This document shows positions 26,706 to 35,000 of a stretch of DNA of 64,000 nt, in pieces. Made by a program: the position numbers and the translations under genes. Source of the DNA: Propionicicella sp. (GTDB lineage Bacteria; Actinomycetota; Actinomycetes; Propionibacteriales; Propionibacteriaceae); contig JBDHZK010000001.1 of the NCBI GenBank assembly GCA_039811865.1, forward strand, positions 21,323 through 85,322, in the 5' to 3' direction. The notes under the pieces were generated by a model. The model saw only the letters and a program-made list of their open reading frames with translations. It was not told the origin of the DNA and ran no database searches. How positions within the stretch are numbered: the stretch's first letter is position 1; every line of letters begins with the position of its first letter.

Positions 26706-28830
26706 CCAGCCGCTGCGTCGGCCGGGTCAGCGCCACGTAGAGCACCCGCACGCCCCCCGGCGAGGTGGCGACGATCTCGTCCGGTGCCAGCACGAGCGCG
26801 GCGTCGTACTCCAGACCCTTGGCCTCAAGCGGCGAAACCACGACGAGCCGGTCGGCCAAGTGCTGCGCCGACTCCGCGAGCGCCGCGCGCACCGAAGCCA
26901 GGCGCCCCGTTGGTGCGACGACGCCGATCGTGCCTTCGACCTGCCGGGCGAGCGCATCGACATGGGCGACCAGGCGGGCGTCCAGGTCTTCCGGGGCAGA
27001 TTCGTCCAGGATCGGCTCAATGCCGGTGCTGCGGACGGCGACGGGCAGGTCTGCTTCCGGGAACGCCGGTAGGACGACGCGGGCGGCCAGGTCGAAGACC
27101 TCGGCCGGACTGCGGTAATTGGTGCTGAGGCGGAAGCGGCGATGCGGCGCGTGGCCGATCAGGTCGGTCAACGCCTGTTCGGTCTCGGCCACGTCCGGCC
27201 ACGAGCTTTGCGCCGGATCGCCGACGATCGTCCAACTGGCGTGGTCCCCGCGGCGGCGCAGCATTCGCCACTGCATCGGGGTGATGTCCTGGGCCTCGTC
27301 GATCAGCAGGTGGGCGTAAGTCTCATGGGCGTCGGCGTGCGGGTCGACCTCGCGGATCGGACGCAGCCGGTCAGCGATCGTGACTACCTCACGCTCATCG
27401 GGGAGACGGTCGAGGAAGAGTGACGGCGAGGCGTCCGGGTCGGGAGGAACGGGACCGAGCTGGAAGGCGATCTCGTCCAGGAGCGCGGCGTCGGCGACCG
27501 ACCAGGAGTGCTCGGCGAAGCTGGAGACCAGGGCCGCCTGCTCGGCGGCGTTCAGGACGCCTTTGGTCAGGTGCGCGGCGACGTCCGGGTCGGCGAGCCG
27601 CCGCAGGACGTCCCTGGGGTCCAGCGGCGCCCACCACAGGTCGCAGAATCTGGTGATCGCGGAGTGATCGACCAGGTCGTCGAACTCGGATTCGGTGAAA
27701 TCGAGGTCGGCTGGAAGCTGTGCGTACAGCGCCGCGGTCACAGCCTGCTGGGCGGGGCCACGGCCCTGATTGGCCTTGTGGCCGTGCAGGATTCGACGCC
27801 GGATGCTGGCGAGACGCTCGGCGGTCAGTCGCAGCACGTTGCCCTTGATGGTTACCGTCAGCGACGGCGCTTCGCCCGGTCCGGGCCAGGTGGGCTCAGC
27901 GACGAGTCTGTTCAAGATCGGCAGCATCCGCAGGCTGCCCTTGACCGCAGCGGCCGCAGGCTCGTCCACGCGAGTGGCGACCACGTCCACGACGTCGCTG
28001 GCCACGGCGCCGATCGCGCGGAGCGTCACCGAATCCTCGCCGAGGGAGGGGAGGACGCGCTCGATGTAGTTCATGAAGACCGGGCCTGGCCCGACCACAA
28101 GGATGCCGCCCCGCTCGAACCGGGCCCGGTTCGAGTAGAGCAGGTAGGCCGCGCGGTGCAGCGCTACGACGGTCTTGCCGGTGCCGGGGCCGCCGGCGAT
28201 GATCGTCACGCCCTGGTAGGGGGCGCGGATGGCTTCGTCCTGCTCCGCCTGGATGGTGGCCACGATGTCGCGCATTGTGTGCCCGCGGGCCCGGCTCAGC
28301 GACGCCATCAGCGCACCCTCACCGACGATCGGGAGGTCGTCGCGGTTGGCGGACGCATCGAGCAGGTCGTCCTCGATGCCGACGACGCGCTCGCCGCGAC
28401 AGCGCAGCACCCGACGCCGGACGATCCCCATGGGGCGCGAGGCGGTGGCCCGGTAGAAGGGCTCGGCGGCGGGCGCGCGCCAGTCGATCACCAGCGGCTC
28501 GTATTCGGCATCGCGGACGCCGATGCGACCGATGTAGGACGTGTCGCTGGCGGCGGTGTCCAGGCGTCCGAACACAAGACCTTCGTGTTCGGCTTCCAGG
28601 ACGGCCAGTCGGCGAGCCGCAACGTATGCGAACGCGTCGCGCTCGAACAAGGCGGTGCCGTCCTCCTCGCGTAAGAAGTCCGCGCGGTCAGTCTGGTACA
28701 GCGCCTGGCCGTGTCGCGCCACTTTCTTGGCCGAGGTGGTCGCGTCGGCGAGATGGGCATAGACGAGGTCGACGTGTGCCTGCTCGACGGCCATTTCGTG
28801 CGCGAGTAACGGCTGAGTCTGTTGGGTCAA
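26638..28830 (-). CDS. helD: HelD-like (helicase IV / UvrD-like) ATPase, RNA-polymerase-associated family
   Basis: 730 aa. Long N-terminal region, then Walker A IIAGGPGTGKT, LLIDEAQD, and C-terminal YVALTRPTQRL. Start ambiguous (TTG 28830 or ATG 28794). Confidence 0.8.
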   Translation of the reverse strand: MTQQTQPLLAHEMAVEQAHVDLVYAHLADATTSAKKVARHGQALYQTDRADFLREEDGTALFERDAFAYVAARRLAVLEAEHEGLVFGRLDTAASDTSYIGRIGVRDAEYEPLVIDWRAPAAEPFYRATASRPMGIVRRRVLRCRGERVVGIEDDLLDASANRDDLPIVGEGALMASLSRARGHTMRDIVATIQAEQDEAIRAPYQGVTIIAGGPGTGKTVVALHRAAYLLYSNRARFERGGILVVGPGPVFMNYIERVLPSLGEDSVTLRAIGAVASDVVDVVATRVDEPAAAAVKGSLRMLPILNRLVAEPTWPGPGEAPSLTVTIKGNVLRLTAERLASIRRRILHGHKANQGRGPAQQAVTAALYAQLPADLDFTESEFDDLVDHSAITRFCDLWWAPLDPRDVLRRLADPDVAAHLTKGVLNAAEQAALVSSFAEHSWSVADAALLDEIAFQLGPVPPDPDASPSLFLDRLPDEREVVTIADRLRPIREVDPHADAHETYAHLLIDEAQDITPMQWRMLRRRGDHASWTIVGDPAQSSWPDVAETEQALTDLIGHAPHRRFRLSTNYRSPAEVFDLAARVVLPAFPEADLPVAVRSTGIEPILDESAPEDLDARLVAHVDALARQVEGTIGVVAPTGRLASVRAALAESAQHLADRLVVVSPLEAKGLEYDAALVLAPDEIVATSPGGVRVLYVALTRPTQRLVTLDVGSSAWRRSLSSPSTGSA

Positions 28831-28972
28831 GAAGCGAATCCTTACCGAGTCAGACTCGCCAGTTTACGCGTTGCCGAATGCGTCGGGCGCTGGGCGATGA
28901 GGCTGGGACGCCCCGTGGCATCGATGGGCGACGGGGACGGACCTGGCCGGGGGGAGGAGTATCTGGCCGGGC

Positions 28973-30250
28973 TCAGGCGCGCGCGGGACGGCGTCGGCCA
29001 AGCTCGGCGGATCGGTTGCTCGGGTGGATGTCCGCGCCGGTGAGGTCCTGGTGGACGGCGTAGGTGGCTAGCGCGCCGGACAGGATCTGGGCCCAGGGAT
29101 CGTTACCGGCCGGGCTCGCCGCCGAGGCGGCATAGATGCCCGGGAGCAGGCGCAGCGGCTGGAGCCGGGACATCGTCCCTACCCCCCGCCACCCCACACC
29201 GAAGCCGGGGTCGGGGGCGCCCCGGGTGTGATCGAGGACGGTGGGAGCGGCGCCCGGCCGCAGATACTCCACCCTCGGTCCGGCCTTGGTGTGGGTGATG
29301 GTTTCGGCGAGTTCGCCCAGGTCTGTAGAAGCTGGGTGACTTCTGGTGATCAGGGCCGGCGCGCGGGCCGGTGTGACCCGCAGCAGGGTGCCGCCGAACC
29401 GGCGTCCGACTAGGCGAGCCGCCGTCCACGCATCGGTGGCGAGCACGACCGCGTCGGTGCGGATCGCGTCTTGTGTCGTGTGGACGCGACCCGGCCCGGC
29501 CAACCGGACGGATACTCCCGTCCGGACGTCCACCCGGCGCTGTCGCAGGCGCTCGCCCAGCAGGTCCAGCAGTTCGGTGGCCGGCTGCGGGCGACCGTTT
29601 CGGATCAGCCGCCAGCGACCGAACGTGCGCTCCAGGACGAGCCGGACGGCAACCCATCCCGGAGTGTGGACCGGGTCGCTGCCGACGCGCCAGGCCGTCG
29701 ACCGGACGATCTCAGCCAGGTGGGGCTCGTCCAGCCCAGCCGACAGATCGGCTACCGAGGGGAGCGCGCGGAGCACGGCCGGGCGGGAGCGCCAGCGGCC
29801 GGGATCGAAGGGATACTCGACCCCGCCGACGTGGCGAAGGGTTTGCCAGACATCGTCCAGACGATCCAACATCGCCTGCCAGCGTCTTGCCGCCGAAGCA
29901 CCCAATGCCTGCGCCAGCGCCCGGGACTGGTCGCCCCGGTCGGTGGGGAGGGTGAGCCGGGTGCCGTCGGCGAACACGTGCGTAGCCGGCGGTGCCGAGA
30001 CCAGTTCCAGGCCGGCGCGGGCCAACTCCGCTTCGAGGGGTCGCCCGGATTTCTTGAACAGGTCGCGCCAGGGGGCCAAGAACCCGATCACGGGGGGTAA
30101 AGGGGTGGCGGCCATCCCGGGTTCAGGTGTCCAGCGGCCGCCGAGTCTGGTCGATGCCTCCACCAAGATGACCTCGTGGCCCGCCTTGGCGAGTCGGACG
30201 GACGCGGCGATCCCCGCCAGCGAAGCGCCGACGACGACGACCCGGGTCAC
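28973..30250 (-). CDS. FAD/NAD(P)-binding oxidoreductase (phytoene-desaturase/amine-oxidase-like)
   Basis: Start set at GTG 30250 (VTRVVVVGASLAGIAASVRLAKAGHEVILVEASTRLGGRW, a dinucleotide-binding fold). GTGA overlap with the upstream stop. The longer 687-aa ORF-track reading runs through the DUF4126 gene in another frame. Confidence 0.7.
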   Translation of the reverse strand: MTRVVVVGASLAGIAASVRLAKAGHEVILVEASTRLGGRWTPEPGMAATPLPPVIGFLAPWRDLFKKSGRPLEAELARAGLELVSAPPATHVFADGTRLTLPTDRGDQSRALAQALGASAARRWQAMLDRLDDVWQTLRHVGGVEYPFDPGRWRSRPAVLRALPSVADLSAGLDEPHLAEIVRSTAWRVGSDPVHTPGWVAVRLVLERTFGRWRLIRNGRPQPATELLDLLGERLRQRRVDVRTGVSVRLAGPGRVHTTQDAIRTDAVVLATDAWTAARLVGRRFGGTLLRVTPARAPALITRSHPASTDLGELAETITHTKAGPRVEYLRPGAAPTVLDHTRGAPDPGFGVGWRGVGTMSRLQPLRLLPGIYAASAASPAGNDPWAQILSGALATYAVHQDLTGADIHPSNRSAELGRRRPARA

Positions 30251-30855
30251 CTTGCCGGGGTTGCGTCGGGTCCGCTGACTCGCCGATACCACCTGAGGAA
30301 GGCGATCCAGCCGCGCCGAATGCGCGAGAGGAGTAAGTAGGTGACGATCAAGCCGGCCACGAGGATGATTGCGGCCACGACTGCGGCCGCGACCGGGTTG
30401 AAGACCGCGAAGGTCGTCATTCCGGTCACGGCGACATCGCCGGCCAGGGAGGCTCCGACGTTGGTCACCGGTTCGGGAGAGGTGTTGATAGCTAGGCGGA
30501 CGCCGGCCTTGGTGAGGTGGCTGAGCAGGGCTGTAACACCGCCGACGGCAGCCAAGGAGAGCGTGAGTAGATCGCCCTGGGCGCCGGCCATGAGGGCGCC
30601 GATGACGGCCCCAGCGATCGGCCGGATGACGGTGGAGATCGCGTCCCAGGCGGAGTCGACGTAGGGAATCTTGTCGGCGAAGAACTCGAGCAGGGCGAGG
30701 ATGCCCATGACGATAAGGACATCCGTGCGCTGGAATCCCTCGGGGACGTTGCCCATGTGAGCGAACCGGCCGAGTAGGCCGAGCACCAAGACGGTGGCAT
30801 AGGCGTTGATCCCGCTCGCCCAGCCGCTGGCGAACGTAAGGGGTAGTAGCTCCAC
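30247..30855 (-). CDS. DUF4126-like integral membrane protein
   Basis: 202 aa. MELLPLTFASGWASGINAYATVLVLGLLGRF... with several Gly-rich TM helices, as I recall for DUF4126. Confidence 0.6.
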   Translation of the reverse strand: MELLPLTFASGWASGINAYATVLVLGLLGRFAHMGNVPEGFQRTDVLIVMGILALLEFFADKIPYVDSAWDAISTVIRPIAGAVIGALMAGAQGDLLTLSLAAVGGVTALLSHLTKAGVRLAINTSPEPVTNVGASLAGDVAVTGMTTFAVFNPVAAAVVAAIILVAGLIVTYLLLSRIRRGWIAFLRWYRRVSGPDATPAR

Positions 30856-31041
30856 AAGTCGAAGGGTAGCCGTGGGGTCCGACGAGGATTGCGAGGTGTT
30901 TCCCCGAGTCGTCCCGCGCCGGACCCTGGTCGGGTGGCCTGCTCCGGCCGGACATCGCTGCGTCTGTCCCTCGTCGAGCCCCGTTCATGAGGCGGACGGG
31001 CGCCCTGGTTGTGGACTCCGAGAAATAGTTATCCACAGCTC

Positions 31042-31072
31042 TTGACTGGTCAGAAGCAAGGCTGTCTATAGT
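31042..31072 (+). promoter_or_regulatory. Candidate sigma-70-type promoter of the SOS cassette
   Basis: TTGACT (31042-31047) and TATAGT (31067-31072) in an unusually AT-rich patch. The 19-nt spacer is longer than optimal. Confidence 0.4.
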
Positions 31073-31080
31073 GGAGTCAC

Positions 31081-31096
31081 TCGAACAGGCGTTCGA
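31081..31096. promoter_or_regulatory. LexA operator (actinobacterial SOS box)
   Basis: Perfect palindrome TCGAAC-aggc-GTTCGA, identical to the mycobacterial/actinobacterial TCGAAC-N4-GTTCGA consensus. It lies 8 nt downstream of the -10-like hexamer and upstream of the dnaE2-containing operon. Confidence 0.8.
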
Positions 31097-31142
31097 TATC
31101 GAGCAAGGGAAGGCTCGATCGTGCCATCAGGCACACACGCAC

Positions 31143-31190
31143 CTTATCCCCGGTCGCTGCGGTCTCGACCCCGTCGCGGTCGGGGATAAG
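31143..31190 (+). promoter_or_regulatory. Leader RNA hairpin (15-bp stem) in the 5' UTR of the SOS cassette
   Basis: CUUAUCCCCGGUCGC (31143-31157) pairs with GCGGUCGGGGAUAAG (31176-31190): 13 Watson-Crick plus 2 G-U pairs, 18-nt loop. The G-U pairs exist only in the plus-strand transcript. Confidence 0.45.
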
Positions 31191-31204
31191 GCCCCGGTGA
31201 CGGG

Positions 31205-31546
31205 GTGGGGATTGGGGGAGGCATGCGCAGGTACGACGAGCCGATCGAAGTGCGCTCGGGGATGGTTGGTGAGGACGAGGCTCCCGCCCAGTTCCTTTGG
31301 CGCAACCGACTCTGGCTGGTGCGCGACGTGTTGCACCGGTGGCTGGAAACCGGCGAATGGTGGCGGGGTCCGAGCGTTCGCGCCGCCCGTGGCGACACCG
31401 ACGCCGAACCCGACGACGATCTCCTGGCCGAGGCAGAGGTTTGGCGAGTGCTGGCAGCGAACGGCAGGTCGGGGGAACCCGGGGTCTATGAACTGATGCA
31501 CACCTGGGGGAGCGGCCAGTGGCGGCTCCGGGCGGTGTTGGACTGA
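31205..31546 (+). CDS. Small conserved-looking protein (DUF6504-like; resembles the ImuB C-terminal domain)
   Basis: About 107-113 aa (GTG 31205 or ATG 31223). PIEVRSG...PAQFLWRNRLWLVRDVLHRWLETGEWWRG...EVWRVLAANGRSGEPGVYELMHTWGSGQWRLRAVLD. TGATG overlap with the next ORF. The family name is from memory. Confidence 0.6.
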   Translation: MGIGGGMRRYDEPIEVRSGMVGEDEAPAQFLWRNRLWLVRDVLHRWLETGEWWRGPSVRAARGDTDAEPDDDLLAEAEVWRVLAANGRSGEPGVYELMHTWGSGQWRLRAVLD

Positions 31547-32067
31547 TGGCGGCGCGGTCCGTCCCGGTGCAGCCTGGGCGAGCAGCACGACCAGGGGTGT
31601 CCGCGCGTCCAGTCGCATTGGCGATGACAATTGAGGGAGAAGGCGCGGAGTCGATCGACGGTCCGAGCGTGGCTCAGCCCAACCGGCTTCGACTGGATCT
31701 ACAACGGGCTCGAAGCGCGCTGATCGAGGCGGAACTGGCCGTTAGGCCCGCTGACCGGTTCCTCGGCGCACAACTCGGAGCACTGCGGGTGGCCGCGGTG
31801 GTGTTGTCGGCGCGTTCTGTCCGGCGTCCAGTTGGCAGCGGTCCCCGCAACGTCTGGGAACTCGTCGCCGACGTGGCCCCGGAGTACACCGAGTGGGCGG
31901 CGTTCTTCGCCGGCAACCAACTAAAGCAGCAGGTCGTCCGGGCAGGAGCCAAGGCCCTCGTCTCGGCCAGGGAGGCCGACGATCTGATCCGCGATGCGCA
32001 GAGATTCCACGACGAGATCGCCAGGCGGCTTGATGCCTGGGAGGCCAAGGCGGTGCAGGCGGGATGA
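31546..32067 (+). CDS. HEPN-like all-helical protein (SAV_6107-type, from memory)
   Basis: About 173 aa from ATG 31546. Helical, Ala/Arg-rich, with C-terminal RDAQRFH (Rx5H). Stop overlaps the dnaE2 start (ATGA at 32064-32067). Confidence 0.55.
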   Translation: MAARSVPVQPGRAARPGVSARPVALAMTIEGEGAESIDGPSVAQPNRLRLDLQRARSALIEAELAVRPADRFLGAQLGALRVAAVVLSARSVRRPVGSGPRNVWELVADVAPEYTEWAAFFAGNQLKQQVVRAGAKALVSAREADDLIRDAQRFHDEIARRLDAWEAKAVQAG

Positions 32068-35000
32068 GCGACCCTTTCGTCCACCTTCGAGTGGCCTCCG
32101 GCTACTCGCTGCAGTACGGCGCGGCGCACCCATCCGCTCTGGTAGCCAAGGCGGTGGCGCAAGACATGGACACTCTTGCGCTCACCGACCGGGACGGACT
32201 GTACGGCGCGGTCCGATTCGCGAAGGCCTGCCTAGCTACCGGTGTGGCGCCCATCGTCGGGGTCGACTTCGGCATCAAGCATGACCACGCGGAGTTGGCC
32301 CAGGCTCGGGTGACTTCGCGGACGCCGGTACGAGGCGGTGCGATCCGCGACGTACGTCTGCCCAGGGTGGTGACCTTGGCTACTTCTCGACGGGGCTGGG
32401 GTTCGCTGTGCCGACTGACCTCGGCGACCCATCTGGCCGGCCGAAGAGGTGAGCCGGCGTGTTCTAGGGAGTTGATCGCCGAGCACGGCGCCGACCTGGT
32501 GCTGCTATTGGGGGCGGATTCGGAGTTGGGCTTGGCATTGGCGGCGGGACTGCCGGAGTTGGCCGAACAGGTGCTTGCCGAGTGGCGTTCGGTGCTGCCC
32601 GATTCCCAGATCGTCGTCGCGGCGACCAACCACCAGTTGCCCGGGACGGGGCCTGGTTCAGCTGGGCACGCCGGGCGGATGATCGCCTTCGCCGACGCAC
32701 ACCGGCTGACCGGTGTGCTCACCAACAACGTTCGGATGGCCGAGCGCTCCCAGGCGGCCACGATCGACGTCCTCGACTCGGCCCGGCGATTGGTGCCGCT
32801 CGACATTCGCAATGTCGATCGGCGAAATGCCGAGGGCTATCTGAAATCGGGGAAGGAGATTCTGCCGCTGCTCGCCCAAGTCAGCCGGTTGGCCGGGCGG
32901 TCAGACGAGGGCGAACGGCTGATTCGAGACACCCGCAATCTGGCGGTCCGCGCGCGGCTGGATCCTCGGGCGGACATCGGCCTTGGAGAGATTCATCTGC
33001 CGGAGTTCGCGGTACTCGACGATTCAGGACGCGGCGGCGATGCGTTCGCCTTGCTGCGCCAGCGTTGCGAGGCTGGGGTGGTAGCCCGGTATCCGGGGAT
33101 GCCCTCGCCGCAGGTGCGGGATCGGCTCGAGGCCGAGTTGGACGTGGTGGGCGGGCTCGGGTTCGCGTCCTACTTTCTCACCGTTGCCGACGTGGTGCGG
33201 ATGGTCGGCGACCTGGGGATCCGGTGCGCGGCCCGTGGTTCGGGGGCGGGGAGCCTGATCAACTATCTATTGGGGATCTCGGGGGTCGATCCGATCCGCT
33301 ACGGCCTGATCATGGAGCGGTTCTTGTCCCCGCTGCGTCAGGCGCTTCCCGACATCGACCTGGACGTGGAGTCGGCGCGCCGCGAGGAGGTCTACACGGC
33401 GATCCTCGACCGGTTCGGCGGTGACCGCGTGGCCTGCGTCGCCATGCTCGACACCTACCGCGTGCGCCACGCCGTTCGAGATGTAGGAGCGGCACTCAGC
33501 TTGCCGCCCGCCGAGATCGACGCGATCGCGAAGTCCTTCCCGCACATTCGGGCTGCGGACGCCAAAGCCGCCCTAAGAGACCTTCCCGAGCTTCGACGCT
33601 CGGGGCTGGGGGAGCGGCGTTTGGATGTGCTGTTCTCCCTGGTCGAGTCGTTGGACGGCCTACCGCGACACGTCGCCCTGCACCCCTGCGGGGTGCTGCT
33701 CAGCGACACGACGCTGCTCGACCGGACGCCGGTAGAAGCCAGCTTCGCCGGGTTTCCGATGAGCCAGTTCGACAAGGACGACGTCGAGGACATGGGCCTG
33801 CTCAAGCTGGACGTCCTGGGGATCCGGATGCAGTCCGCGATGGCCCATGCCTTGGTGGAGATCAGCCGGGTCGAGGGTAAGGCCGTCGACATCGATTCGC
33901 TGAGCCCGTTCGATGATCCCCTGACCTATGACCTGATCGGGAAGGCGGCCACGCTGGGGTGCTTCCAGATCGAGTCCCCGGGGCAGCGTGAGTTGATCGG
34001 CAAGTTCGGGCCGAGCGATTTCGCCGACATCGTGATCGACATCTCGTTGTTCCGTCCGGGGCCGGTGAAGAGCGACATGGTGATCCCGTTTCTGGAGGCG
34101 CGACAGGGTTGGCGGCGCCCGATCTATCTGCATCCCGATCTCGAACCGGCATTGGCCGAAACCGGCGGGGTGGTGGTGTTCCACGAGCAGATCATCCAGA
34201 TCGTCGCGATCGTGACCGGGTGCTCGCTGGCACAAGGTGACGAGGCCCGTCGGGCGTTGGGCGACCCGCAGGGTCAGCGCGACGTGAAGCGCTGGTTCTT
34301 TCCCGCCGCCAGAGCGCGCGGTTATGCCGAGCCGGTGATCGAGCGCATTTGGCAAGTACTGGAGTCGTTCGCTTCCTTCGGCTTCTGCAAGGCGCACGCG
34401 GCGGCGTTTGCTTTGCCGACTTATCAGTCGGCCTGGCTGAAGACGCACTACCCAGCCCACTTTCTGTCTGGAGTCCTCACCCACGACCCGGGCATGTATC
34501 CGAAGCGTTTGATCCTGGAAGAGGCGCGTCGGCTCGGCATCGAGATCCTCGGCTTGGACGTGAACGCGAGCGAGGACACCTATCGCGTGGAGCGACTGTC
34601 GCCTGTGAAGCGACTGTCGGATTCGGTCCCCGAGGTTGTCGAAGGGGCGCATGCCCTAGCAGCACTCCCGCTAGAGATCACTGCGGGAACAGGTGCGCCG
34701 CCGGCCTCGGCGGTTCTAGCCCCGCGGACTCGAAGAGAACGCCGACTGCGGCCGGGGGATGGCCTGCCCGATGGCAGAGGGTACGGAATCCGGTTGGCGC
34801 TTTCCGACCTGTTGGGGATCAACTTAACCGAGACCGCGCGAATCGTCGCGGGACGTCCGTATCACTCCTTGTCCGACTTCTGGAGCCGGGCGCAGGTTTC
34901 GGCGCCGGTGGCCGAGCGACTTGTCCTGGCCGGGGCGTTCGATTCGATCTATGGCATCACCGGAGCCCACCCGGTACGGCGCCGAGAGCAGGTCACCAGG

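Noticed and set aside
28831-28972. A rifamycin-associated element (inverted repeat) upstream of helD.
   Set aside because: Only weak, short inverted repeats are visible, and I cannot recall the consensus precisely enough to call it. Left as a check under the HelD finding.
28973-31036. A 687-aa ORF that could be read as one large protein.
   Set aside because: Only the C-terminal 425 aa (from GTG 30250, a dinucleotide-binding fold) look like a real protein. The upstream part overlaps the DUF4126 membrane-protein gene in another frame and is Arg/Pro-rich noise.
31010-31037. The inverted repeat TGTGGA-N16-TCCACA just upstream of the SOS-cassette promoter, as a second operator.
   Set aside because: The arms are only 6 bp, so it is statistically weak. 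It is noted only as part of the AT-rich promoter patch.
32079-32120. Degenerate PHP metal-binding motif in DnaE2 (HLRVAS instead of HxHxHS) as a sign of novelty.
   Set aside because: Loss of PHP metal ligands is, as far as I recall, common in DnaE2/ImuC-type polymerases, so it is not distinctive.
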